This document shows positions 27,997 through 40,377 of a DNA stretch of 64,000 bases, piece by piece. The stretch's first letter is position 1, and each line of letters starts with the position of its first letter. The stretch spans positions 32,860,001 through 32,924,000 of the forward strand of contig CM060733.1 in assembly GCA_030704615.1 (NCBI GenBank), given 5' to 3'. Below the pieces are notes generated by a model. That model was given only the letters and a program-made list of their open reading frames with translations. It was not told the origin of the DNA and searched no databases. This DNA comes from Takakia lepidozioides. Lineage: Eukaryota > Plantae > Bryophyta. The position numbers were made by a program, and so were the translations under genes.

Positions 27997-29647
27997 GACA
28001 TATACCAAAATATCAACAAAACGGTCCATTTTTTTCCTATTTTCTCTTAAGTCCTCATTGTGGTCTTCATTGACATGAGCTCTCAGTCAAGGCTTCAGGC
28101 TCCCCTTTCCAAGGAAAAAAAAAACAATCATTTTTGCTGCACACTGCATATGAAACTTACAGAACTACCGGGAAATTTTGTTTTCTTTTTTTGAAAAAAG
28201 GGGACGGATGTTCTTAATTAATTTTATTTAATAAAAAAGAAGCATACAATGTGAAAAAAATAATAAGTTACACTGACTTTGTATTTATTTATTTATTTTT
28301 CTATACAAACCAGTGTTTGTATTGGTATGATTACGGGGCTCACTGGGTATCAATAGTAGGTATCAGCAAGTTCTTTGAGAACCTACCAGTCATGTAGGTG
28401 GTAGGTCGAATACCCAGGCATACCATGGATTACGTTTTCGGGGCTTCCATTTCATATCAGGCTTTTACCATTATTGTGCGGCTATGAGAGCTTAATATAC
28501 ATACTACACGCACAGATTGTTGGGGATTTGGTTGTGCATCGTCGGTAGGGTATCGCAAACACTTTAGAAAGGCACATAATGGGCCGCAGCTGTTAAGTTT
28601 CTAAGTACGAAATAAGATCAGTTTGAGGGCTGCAGCTTCGATTTTGGTGCTTAGGACCTTGCTTTGTTCTTCCGTTTGCCCTCAGCTTGGCATTTTCAAT
28701 ATTGGAATGGGCCATTTGGGCTATTCAAATGGCCATTTGAATATTGAAATGAGCCATTTGAATGGTTTAAAAAAAAAGTAATATTGATACCCGAATTGAT
28801 ATTCAACTGATATTTAAAAAAGAAGAACCCATACTATTGATACCATAAATTGTGCATATGATATCTAAGGGAAAATACTTATACCAATATACTATTTGCA
28901 AATTTGTCATTATGTAATATTTAGAATGATATCAAAGTAAACAAAGCACCCCTCCAGAACCTACCATGCCTGATATATTAAAATGCTGATACCCGCACAG
29001 AGGCCAGGCTGGAGACTTATTTGTGGAAAAAAATTAAAACCCTCTCAAAGCCATGAGGAGTAGTACACGCCAAGGATCTTTTCAAAGGATTGCAAATAGG
29101 TAGATTGAGTGCTTTTAGGCATCCCTTCTACAGGATTCCTCTTTTTTCTTTTTCTTTTTATTTCCCCCTTGGTTTCCAAGGAAACACCAGCCCTAGCAAC
29201 CATTAGTACTGGTCCTTGAAGGGGAAGGGATTCAATGTGACTCAAGGTCCTCTACATCATTTGAACACTCATCCAATGCAGCTGGAAGTAATATTACCGG
29301 AGCATAAATCAATATTGTCACACGAAACTATTAGAATGTTGGAGTGTATATAGCATATTTCATTGAGTTTTATTTCGGCAATTTCATTTCGCTGTGGAAA
29401 TTTCCCGGGAATTCAGGGAATATGCCCTTGTGCTCACATAAGCATGCTCGCGTCGACGCGAACATGCTCACTCGCTACCCAACCTCACCACAAGCTAACA
29501 TAATGATGGAACTACCTTGAAAGCACAAGGCGACTAAGACCAAAAAAATAAAAAAAATTGTTATTATAGGGCCTTTGTCCCCTTTGTTTTTTTTATTAAA
29601 AACAAAAAAACAAAAAAATAACAAACAAACAAAGGTTGTCATCCTTA

Positions 29648-32600
29648 GGCCCCGGCCGCACCTAGCTGCTAAGCTAGCTACCAGCCGTTAATGGCGTGGT
29701 GACGGCCGCACTTGCCCGTTACAACCCCCGCTAGTTAGCGGGCTCCTAGCTGCTGTTAAAGCTGACGTAGGGGTTCCTCCGAAATTTAGCACGTCCTCCC
29801 CCAAGGTGGTAAATCGCGGTCACCGACTAAAAATCGGGCAGTCGATCTTGCGCGCAACAGAGGTATGCAGCGACTCCCCTCCCCTGCGATCTCTTCCCTG
29901 CGATCTCTCCCTTTCTCCCTCCCTGCCCCTCTTCCCTCTCTCTCTGCCTCCCTCTCTTTCATCATCTCTCTCAATCCATCTCCTTCTATTCTTGTTCTTT
30001 CTTGTTTTTTGTTTTTGTTTTTGGTTGTTTGTGTATTCATGGGGTGGGTGACTGCACAACAAGGAGCGCGGGGCGGGCGCGAGCAAGTCACCGGCGACCG
30101 CAGCTCAGTCAATGCAACTCGTTCGCAATTCAGTGAGTGCCATTTACATAGTGCTTTGTGCTTTCCACATGGAGTGCTTTGTGGCTGGTGCAATGGGCTT
30201 CCCTCATGTTGTTCTTGTGGACTCCACTGTTGGCGTCAGGCTTGAATTGAGGAATTGATCCACGCTCAGTCTTTGGGCAGCTGTTGGCTAGGCTTGTTGT
30301 TGGTTTCTTCTGTTTGAGAGGTGCTGGGTCAATTGTCATGTTGTATATGTACAGGTGGTTGTCCGGTTGTATTGATTTATTGTCACTTGCCATTAAAGTG
30401 GGTTAAATGACAATGAACATCATTGTTGGGTCTACTTAGTGGCTGGCTTACAATATCTGAAGCAAACATCCAAGCCAAGAACGATAGCAGATAGTGAAAT
30501 GTCCAGGGATGGTGTGATTGACTTAAAAACTGATGAGGTCCAAACTTGCCAAAACAGATTGTACTCATAAGACCTTGTGTGCTGTAGCCTTGTGGCCATA
30601 AACCCTGTGCCCAGTTTGGGTGGAAGAAGAGGGAACAACCACTACCTTTGTGGGGCCTCACTCCAGTAGTTCAACTTACCTCAGCCTTCCTAGATCCCCA
30701 CTAGAAAGCCCTTCACAGAGGCATTATCAACAGCAGCCTCCTAGTCAACCCCCACAATCTCTCAGCCCAACATCATCCCCAGCTTTTAAACATAGCTTAT
30801 GAGCATTGCTTGATCTGAAGATTTCCCGTCTGAAACATGGTTCACAAACGTCAGAAACGAATATTTCAACATGCAAAAAGTAAGCCTGCATAGAGCACAC
30901 AGTCATGTGTTGATGACGTGGTTGCACAATATCGCCCTCAAATCAGCACCAACTATATGGCCCCTATTGACAACTGGTTCTTGACTGTGGGCAACTCGAT
31001 CACGCTCCATGATGGCTGCCATGGCATCCATCTCATTGTAGATGCCCTCGAAGTCAACTTCCTTGAAATCAACCAAAAGATTATATAGGATGCAGCAGGC
31101 ATGAATAACCTGGGGCAAGAAATCAATGTCGAGTTCACTCCTCCAACCCACCTCTTTGAAGGTACCTTTCATTCGACCAAAGGCAATCTCCGAGAAAATT
31201 CTTGCCTTTGACAATTGGTGATTGAAGACGGTTTTGGCTCTAGAGAGGACTGGAGCATTGGGAGCTCTTTTGTAACTAGGGATGAGCCAGGGGAGGGCAA
31301 GGTAGACTGCATCACCAATAAGGAGTGGTGGGATCTCGTGTCCATTGTCAAGAATGACATTCTCACCACGCAAAAGAGTGCCCTGTGACGCAGGATAGAA
31401 AAGGGGGGAGTTCCGTAACACCCTAGAGTCGTTCATACTGCCGGGCTCTCCAACATAGATATCTACAAACTTTGCATCTGGATCCACGACCCCTTGTAGA
31501 ACCATTGAATAGTAACCATTTCTGTTCCTGTGATCAAATTTGATGTCATTGTTGGGGGCCTCGATTCTGATCTGTGTACAATCAATTGCACCAACAACAT
31601 TCGGAATCCCTGATCTCTTCTCGTTTTCAAGCATCGATTTCTTGAGAGTCTCACCTCCTTGCCACTGCAGGTGGTGACCCAGGACAGAGATAATGGCAGG
31701 GACCACTTGTCGCAAAAGCTCATACAGAGTTGAACGACCAATTCCAAAAGCCTCGGTAATTTCTATTGTTGTGGCTGCCCACAGTAGTTTATAAAGCATT
31801 GCCCCTACTCTCATCGGTACAGGTAAGCTCCTCCGGTACCTAGTATCCTGCATCTGTATAACCGGTGCAAGGGCATTGCACAACCAATCGAATGTGCCTG
31901 CACTCATCTTCATAATCTGCAGCCATCTCTTGTCATCATATTGCAAAAGAAAGTCCTCAAACCAAGCTCTCGATCTGTGCTTGACCTACATCCCTGAAGA
32001 CACACCACCTCTCGGCTTGTAGTTCCTAATGGTCCAGAACTGGCGCTACAAAAAACTCCTACATGCAAGGAGTAACATATCTGGATCGTCCTCCTTGGCT
32101 AGGTCAATATCATGACGAAGCAGAGTCGGTCGTGCCTCTTGTGGGCGTCTCATCCCAAACAACTCTGGAGCCTGATCGAGCATGAACTGTATAAAGACAA
32201 GAATCTCTCCCATGGCAATAGCCAATTCGTTTGTCATATTGAAGTCTGAACTCAAGAACCAGCAACACCTCTACTAGGGCAGTATTTAGATTGGCATCTT
32301 CTATGACTCCAACTTTGACAATGAACCCTGTAGATATGAGCATTCCAATGCTTGAGAACACATCTCACGATGGATATCATACATCACTAACTTAGCTTGA
32401 TCCACAGTATGGAGCATGAAAATGTAGTCTCATGGAGTATCATTATTGCAGGCTATGCTCAGCATGGGTGTGGTAGGGAGGCCCTCCAACTATTTGAACA
32501 AACGCAATGGATAAAACGTAGAGTTTGGACAGATCAGAGTTGTCTGTAAAACAGTCTCTTCTGCAAAGGGCTTGTGTGCAGCAGCTGGTGGGCCCAGAAG

Positions 32601-33214
32601 GAGCTTGTGCAATATCATTGTGTTCCCTCCGCTGGACACATAAACTTGAACAGGCTCTTCAAGACCAAAAGGTCGAGGCATTGATGATGTTTAATCATCA
32701 TCAGACATTGAAAGACATTTCAAAAGGGATCGACCAGGCAAGCATGCCTGTTAAAACACGGAGAAACCTGCATGGAGCAATTCCAGAAAAAATTCTCACC
32801 TTTGCGACTCAGGAAGGCCTTTTGCTGTCTTCTAGCATCAAATCGCTGTGAACTCTACAGGCACCAAGCACCACAGCTCCCTCTTCCCTGCAGCCTTTCG
32901 CAGTTGGTGATCGCTTGTCACTGACAAAAAGATAGCACAAGTCTCTCAAACTGACCTTCCACTGGAACAACAGTTTGAACGCGGCAGGGCCTGGGTCGTC
33001 AAGCACTCCCACGGCTGCGTCCACCATAGCCGCGGGAAGACGGGCGGGCAGCCCGATTTTATTTTTTTTGCGCTCCTGCTAACAAACTGCCGCGCGACGG
33101 TTTGTTAGTAGCCAGGTGCGGCCGCCGTCGAGGTTCCTGCTAGACCTGCTAGCTAGCCGGCGCGCTAGCTGCAGCTAGTGGCCTGCTAGCTAACCGGCAG
33201 GTGCGGCCGGGGCC
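29648..33214 (-). mobile_element. PIF/Harbinger DNA transposon, decayed
   Basis: 16-bp TIR GGCCCCGGCCGCACCT at 29648, with its reverse complement ending at 33214. TTA on both flanks (29645-47, 33215-17), GCTAGC-rich subterminal repeats, and an internal DDE transposase. Confidence 0.93.
30903..32255 (-). pseudogene. Harbinger (HARBI1-like, DDE_Tnp_4-type) transposase; core ORF 30903-31946 open, N-terminal part interrupted by stops
   Basis: Motifs VVGAIDCTQI, NRNGYYSMVLQGVVD, PGSMNDSRVL, LIGDAVY, FNHQLSKARIFSEIAFGRMKG and ACCILYN. In-frame stops lie upstream of 31946. Confidence 0.9.
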
Positions 33215-34962
33215 TTACAGCCAGATCCTTACGAGGGTGCCGCAGCTGTGTAACTTAATTCCAAAGCGCTTAAGCCAGAAAGCAGCATTAGGAAGATTAG
33301 GGCATCCCTAATTGCACACATTGTAGAAAGTAAGCAAAATATTTGCACATAAGTCGAGCTTAGCTGGCACACAAGGCAGGGGAGGAGCGACAAAAGCGCG
33401 CAAACTGGCTCCTATGCGGGGGCTCGGTGGTTTTTGGGGTCTAAGTGGCAATATCAGATGGGCAATGTCGGCGGTGGACAGAAGCACATGAAGGCCACCG
33501 CTAAGGCCAGCACGTGGCCCACTTAGGGCTAGGCACGCCCACAGTCAACTCTGCTTGTCCCATCCATTTGGATATTTGTGGACGTGGCCGACTGTCATGC
33601 TGCCAATTGGATAGCCTCTGCCATGTCATTGGCCCTAATATTATTGACGAAAAATATTACCATCCAAAAAAGTTACGAGCATTTTGCATGGTCTATGACC
33701 GGACCCCATTCCGGGCTCAATAATAACTTGAGGATTGAAGCCTCATTAAGCCTACCTGATTTAGCCTAAGTGGAGTTTAGCCACGGATGTGTCTATTTAG
33801 CTGCCGCACTAGGCAATTTAGCTGCTAGGGTTGGCTAAACTACCCCGCCTATTTGCCCCCACTTTTAACCCCTCCGTTCCTACGTATTAAACTTAGCCCT
33901 GTGGGCAGCAGGAGGAAATTTCAGAAGTGCCCGATGTGGCATCCCTACACCACTCTGCCACTGTAGAGCGGGCATGGGCAGCAGTGACCTTAACCTTCCA
34001 TAAACCTGGCTTACTTTAGCCACTTTGTGCTGTTGCCCTAACCACGACTAAGTAATCACAATTTAGCTAGTGTGGCCTGGATACGAGGTTGGGTAGCCTG
34101 TGAGCAGTCATACGCGAGCACATAGGCATATTCTGCATATTCCCCAAGAATCCAGAGATTATACGTTAGCGTAACACCCTCCCTATGGTGTTTCACCCTT
34201 TGCATTTTGATGACACCTCCCCTGAGAGAATGCCCTGCCAGGATTTGGCCTTCAACCACATGCATGTAGCTTAAGAACACTCAAAGCCCACACCCCACTT
34301 CCTTGTAGCTCACCCGCCTTTATATACTATACAAGGTGCTGAGTACGGGCAATCGATATGGGATTATTCGTAGCCAATCAGATTGCGCTAGATAAAAAGC
34401 AGGACGTTCGTTTCTTTACCCTACACATTCCGTTTCATGGAACAGAAGGTCTATCTTCCGGAACTAACTAAGTGCCTATGAACCGCCACGTGTAAAACCT
34501 TCCAGTGCAACACCCACTTTCGCAACAATCTTCCGGTGTGTAGAGGGACGTTGAGCGACACGTGGGCCAATTGGGCGCCACGTCAGGAATGCCCGGGCCG
34601 TGGGCATTCATAGGGGTTCGGCCCGGCCCTCGTGCCGGGCCTCACGCCCATGAATGCCCTCGGGCCCGGGCATTCCCCCTCACGAAACCAAAATGTACTC
34701 ACGCGAAAAAAAATACGAAACTATCTGAAAACAGTGCTCATGCGAAAAAAACTTACGAAATTAATCGTCCAAAGCTTAACTCACAGAGCCCAAAGACCCA
34801 CAAAATATATCTACCAGAACTCAAAGGTTAGCGAACTACCCCAAAAAAATGGATTTCGTCTGCGAAACGCAAACATATCTTTGGGTTTTTGCTAGCGAAA
34901 TTTGGATTTCTGCAAAACTTAGGTAACGAAAATGGGTTTTTTTATTTTATTTTTATTTTTAA

Positions 34963-35786
34963 CCCTTAAGTTTCCAAGCCCTTTTTTGACTTTTTACCAA
35001 TTTTGGGTACCCAGCTGCAGTAAATTGCCCCTAGAAACCTACCAAAAATCATCAAGAGATTCCAGCCTTATAGCAGTGGGCCCAGCTCATTTATGCATGA
35101 CATACCAAAAAATGAGCCAAGTCCACTGTGGAAATTGTGAGATTATAGCGTTGGCCAGGACCTCAAATATCAGGTCCCAAAGAAAAAGTGAGAAAAAAAT
35201 TGGTTTGACCAAATCAAAACCTAACTTTATCCAATTTTGCTTGCCCCAAGACCCACCATTTCCAAATCAATAGGATTTCCAAATCAATAGTGGAGTGGCT
35301 ATGACCCCACTAAATTGCAGGTCCAACTGATTTTTTCACCTATGGTTGCTATGCATGCAATTACATGGGGGTAGAAATCTCAAGAGAAAATGTGCCTCCA
35401 AATGAAGTACTTTTTTTTTTACAAATTTTTTAAAAGCCAATGGTGGATGTGTGTATGTAATGCTCACACACCACAAGGTGAAGTGTGTTTTCCAAAATTG
35501 CTAATTTTCTGCCAAAAATGGCCTTTGGAGTGCAATCTATTTTGGGCTTGTTTACCTGCCATGTCAGCGGTCAACAAGCCCTTCTCAGGCCCAAAACATA
35601 AATGAGAGATCTAAGATATTTTTTTGTAGGTAGTAGTTTTTGTTTTTTTGTTTTTTGCATCATACTCGAAACAAATCCCTTGTCATTAAAGCTTCAGGAG
35701 TGGGCCCCATCAGATTAGATCTGCAAAAATTAGGTCAAACTGCAAATTCAAAGTGACCCCATTCAGGTCGCTTGGGAACTTAAGGG
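34963..35786. mobile_element. Non-autonomous TIR element with TTAA target duplication (piggyBac-like MITE)
   Basis: TTAA|CCCTTAAGTTTCCAAGC ... GCTTGGGAACTTAAGGG|TTAA; 17-bp TIR with one mismatch; no convincing coding content. Confidence 0.7.
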
Positions 35787-36366
35787 TTAAGGTTTCTCCC
35801 TTTCAATATGTTTGAAATTTCTATTAGACACCATAAACCCTATTAACGCAAAAAGACCCTATATCCGTCTATTATATGTATTTCCGCTGGCATACATATC
35901 ACCCCCATAACCGTGGATCCTACTCACCCAAAGCTTTTTTGGTGCCGCGAGTGGCTTACCGACAAATGAAGTTAATCAAATAATTATAATTTATCATAAC
36001 CTGGGGATATGAGAAGATCGGTGGTTCAAAGGTTCTTAGAAATGTTGGTTAATTTAAATTTAATCTGCATATATGATTCTTAGAAATGTTGGTTAATTTA
36101 AATTTAATCTGCATATATGAGTTGCGTACCTCTTATATCTCATGTAAGTCACCTTCATGCTACAACACCTCAAATGCATTTTTTGTATCGAAACAAGACA
36201 TGACATGCACGTGGAGCCTGCCATTATTTTATTGGATCCTCCTTGTGGAGGAGACTAGGCATCAATGTCAAATGATGTGAATCCCATATACAACTTCCCC
36301 AGATAAATTGTATCGGAATACATCTCCTCAAATAAAGCCTTATCAAATTCCGCTTGCATCCTCAAA

Positions 36367-36608
36367 TATTATTATTATTATTATTATTATTATTTTAAGG
36401 GAAACTTGGGAGCGCATGCTCACAATTCAGGCCCTTAAGGAGGGGGAAAAATTAACCCCCTTTCAGATAAGCCATTGGGCACACAGGAGGAAACGTCACC
36501 ACCAGACCAACCGGTCACAACAATCCACACACCAGGCAGGACAGCGGGCTTTTGAACCCCAAACCACCAGGGCGACACACTGTGCACTTACCAGCTGAGC
36601 TACCAGCC
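36367..36608 (-). mobile_element. tRNA-derived SINE, copy 2
   Basis: Minus-strand head GGCTGGTAGCTCAGCTGGT (A box)...GGGGTTCAAAGCCC (B box) and an (AAT)n tail. atattattatt occurs at both ends as a possible TSD. Confidence 0.75.
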
Positions 36609-37589
36609 GATGTGCATATTATTATTTTTAACCACAAAGGGGAATGAGGCCCCAATTTATTATAAAGGTAAGAAAAAATAACCTTACAATTTCCATGAAG
36701 GCTGAGAAAAGAGACACCACTCCGTTCAAACTGCAGATTTTCGGCAATATCCCTTTAGTACATTAGGGTTAAACACACACATACCTTGGCACATGGAATG
36801 CCGATCTCTTGCCAATGCACATAAGCCAGAATCATACCATTCCAAAAATATAACTGGGTCTAGGGTTCCTCTGTGTGTATTGATGGGAGTTCTTCGTCTG
36901 ACAGACCATTTGCATTTGTCTGGGAAACTTCTCCAAGCCCTCCATGATACAGGTTGGCAGCTTAATTGCTAAGAGGCACCCTCGCATTGCTGCAATCCCA
37001 GAAAAGGCAAAAGGGATGAGAAGGGTGAAAATGACCCAATACTGGTTTTTTAATGGACCTGATCCCTGCACAATGATGGTTGGAGTGACTGAAAACCAGG
37101 TGTGTGAGATGCATTACCCCATTTTACATCCAAGATGGGCGTGGTGGCCTGGTATCTCTGGAAGACCTGATAGAGACCCATATTGCTGGGAGGAAAGATT
37201 CATAAGCCCTGGAATGCTTTCAGACAAATTGAGAAGCTTCCAATTAAGCAGGCTAGCCCGCTGAGCAACATGGCCGAGACAAACATTAAGCACCTCCCCA
37301 ATCTCCCCAGCAATAGTGCGGTGATGGCAATTGCTGTGAAGGACAATTTGATAAGAACCATGCTGGACGAGAATTTTCTTTCCAATTGTCAATGGGGGTG
37401 AAAGAGCTGATGGGTCATGCATTAAATAAATTTGAAGTTAGTTAGGATCTCAGTATGTAACCACACACCTCAGGGGGAGAGAGAGAGAGAGCGCTACACT
37501 GCTCTAGGAATGCTTGTACATGCAGGTTCAGAAAGTTAGAGTGAGAGGATGTGAGAGACACGCAGAGAGGGGACATAGAGCAAGAAATA

Positions 37590-37790
37590 CCGCAAGTCCC
37601 CCAACGAAGAATATAGCTTGAGCTAGACCAACTTTGTGCTCATCTCGGCATATAAGGCCCCATTCCGATATTGTCGATGCCTTCCACCCACTCCCACAGG
37701 CTGGGATCCATTTCACAGAGAGAGGAAGCTGGTGTACACTGTAAAGACTCTTCATGCAACGAGAGGCCCATGCCACCGAGTTCAAGTCCT
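37590..37790 (-). pseudogene. Organic cation/carnitine transporter (MFS) gene fragment, frameshifted
   Basis: SLCEMDPSLWEWV in one frame and ASTISEWGLICRDEHKVGLAQAIFFVG in the next. This matches the plant OCT loop motif (SEWGLIC..K.GL.Q..FF.G). No further exons were found. Confidence 0.7.
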
Positions 37791-38753
37791 GCACCAAAAC
37801 CCACTGTCATAAAGCTATTCAGCTTCTGGTTCTGAGAAGATAACAGAAATCTCAAACAGGCCCAATCTGCAGGAATTCTGCAAAATCTGCTGGAAACTAG
37901 ACCTGAAAACTTTGAGAGGGATAGGTGGTGCATCCGACACAATAATTTCTGAGGGGCCTTTGATCGATGTTGAGGAGATCTACGTAGTGTTGAAGTATCT
38001 ATTCTACTCGGAACTAATACATTGGATATTACTAGAAACCTTCGTTCTCAACCCCGCCACACTGTGCACACCTTGCAATGGGATAGGCTGGTTTTGAATA
38101 CGCATACGTGCACTAGCAAAATTTGAACATTGTATGCTTGTATTGCCCCCTGCCTCTAAGTACTTGAACTGATGCAGGCTTTGATGAGAGGTCCTTCCGG
38201 ACAAAGAAAGAAAGAAATTGTTGTCTTGACAGGGGACTCGCAAATCCATTGAAGCCAGTAGGTCTGCCGTTAATTGCAAGAACTCAGAATTTTGCTGGCC
38301 GTCTCATTGGGCATTGCAAAGATGAGGATCATTTCTGGCTTACTGTTAGATATCCCCTTTCTTAAGCAGTTCACTAGCTCATCTGCGTGCAAGCATCGCA
38401 GACTTCTCAACAAGCACAAGCACAAGCACAAGTACAAAGAAAACTAGCACAGCTGTAACCTTGAACCTGATAACCTGATGTCGGTTTCATCACTCAGACC
38501 AGTCCCAGAACTTAGCTTTGTATCCAACATTGTCGCCCTCTGTAAGCAACCTCCACCCGGTCTCCACCCTGCCTCTCTTCATCCTCTTTGACACCCACCA
38601 CCTAAGCTTGGCCAATGTCCTCTTTCAAAACTAGGATGTCATCTCTCTCTCGCACAGGGGCAAGAACATCCAAATTCAAAACCTCAACGTACTGTCACTT
38701 CTTGTCTACGAAGGCTGTCACCCATCAAACAAAGTCCCTGAAGTTCAGCCTTC

Positions 38754-40377
38754 TTAGGAAAGAATCTCTTCCGAAGGTTCATGCAGGGATGACTTCTCTG
38801 CCATGAGAGCTACAAACTTCTCTTTGACCAATATCAAGGGATGCTTTTCTCGAATCACATGTTCGTGCCGACGTCCCGGCAGATGGATCCCATCATAGGC
38901 TTCCCTCAAAAACACAGTATCACGTTGCGCCTTTTTGGAAACATAGAAATGCTCAGGGTGTCGAACCACCATGCTTAGGACTTGATTTGAAAACTTGTAT
39001 TCCTTTCGAAAATGAGTGAGATGATCTACCAATAGCCTTTTCTCCAGGGTAAGAGATAATATTTCATGGACTACAAGAACGGCCCGCTTTTCAGATTCTG
39101 CAGATGCGGGATGAAGTTCGCTTGCATCCTCATATGGGGATGGGGCTTTGAGCTCATGGAACTTGTAGATGACCCACTTGTCTTTCCTTGAAAGTCGGTA
39201 TTGCTTTGGCAAATGGATTTCCAGTTTTGGTGGGTTGTTGTTAGCCTCTCCTTCTGCATGTCAATCATGGACTATAAAAATGAGAAGAAAGAAAAAAGGG
39301 GACTTTAAACTTCTACAGAAAGCCTAAACAGAGGGACGGCGAGAGTCACTTTCTAGAGTGAAGTTTGAACACTCTTCCTTTTCTAACAGTGAGTCTGTGC
39401 AAATTCCCTCCCCCTCCCAACCATGCACAACACTCACCAGAAGAAGGCTGTTGCGATAGTTCTTGAGCTCGCCTCTCTGCTGTAGTGACTGCCAGGAGGG
39501 GGTCCCACTCAGTGAGTTTCAAAACTGGTCCTTCCTCCTTGTTGGCCTCTGCCACCACCTGAAAATACTGAGGATATCTGGACAGTAGACCTGTTCTAAA
39601 ATCTTCAGGGAGTCCAATATCTCGAGCTAAATGGGCTAATTTGCCAATTGCGAGCTGCTTAGAAATTGACATCATGAGAAGCTTCCTTACTTTTTCAACC
39701 ACTGATCTCTCCATACTTTCTCGAATTCTCACCTCCTCCTCATAGATTTCCTCAGCTTTGGGGGTGAGTCGACACCGAGGCAGCTCATCGCCTTCCTCTC
39801 CCTCCAGCACTTCGAAGACCCCGGGAAATCTTCTTAGAAACGCACTACAGCGCCTTTTACCGGAGAGCCCAATTTTATCCCTTTCCTTACCGAGATCTTG
39901 CAGAGCAATGGAGCGCTTAGGCTGAGCTACTAGGACCTCTTTGATCTTCATCACGATTTTCACCTTCTTCTCTTTCTCAATAATGTCATCATAATGACGT
40001 TCCTTGATCCGTCGGATCCTCAGGCTGGTCGGACACAGACGATCTACATGCCATTTCTTGCGCGCTGAGGTTTCTTCAAGTGATTCATCTCTTATTCCTT
40101 CGGAAGTAAATGCTCTCAAAAGTTTCAGAAAATGATACTCATATGATGATGCTGTTACCTGTTGTACTTTCAAAGACCTAAGCTTGGGGGATGTGTTGCC
40201 CCAATTGCAGGCATATGTATAAATGCCCCTTTGCTTGATGAGCGACGATACCTCTCCAGCCGTGTCGATCAACCGCTGGTGCAATATTGATGAAGAAGAT
40301 GGAAAAGAGGGAGAGACTTCACGCAGAGCTGCTACTGCAATGCTGCGGGCCCGCCTACAACTCCAACCTAGCACCAT
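38754..40377 (-). CDS. PORR-domain (plant organelle RNA recognition; WTF1-like) protein, 2 exons with an intron at ~39255-39436
   Basis: AFLRRFPGVF, KVRKLLMMS, DIGLPEDF, YPQYF, LTEWDPLLAV, PSPYED, EKRAVLVVHEILSLTLEKRLLVDHLTHFR and RHPEHFYVS..RDTVFLREAY. N-terminus resembles an organellar targeting peptide. Confidence 0.92.

Noticed and set aside
36545-36608. Functional tRNA gene
   Set aside because: A and B boxes are present, but there is no proper cloverleaf, and the sequence continues into a SINE body and tail.
36640-37420. LINE 3' remnant (LFWDC, zf-RVT-like)
   Set aside because: Only a very short motif resemblance; too weak to call without alignment.
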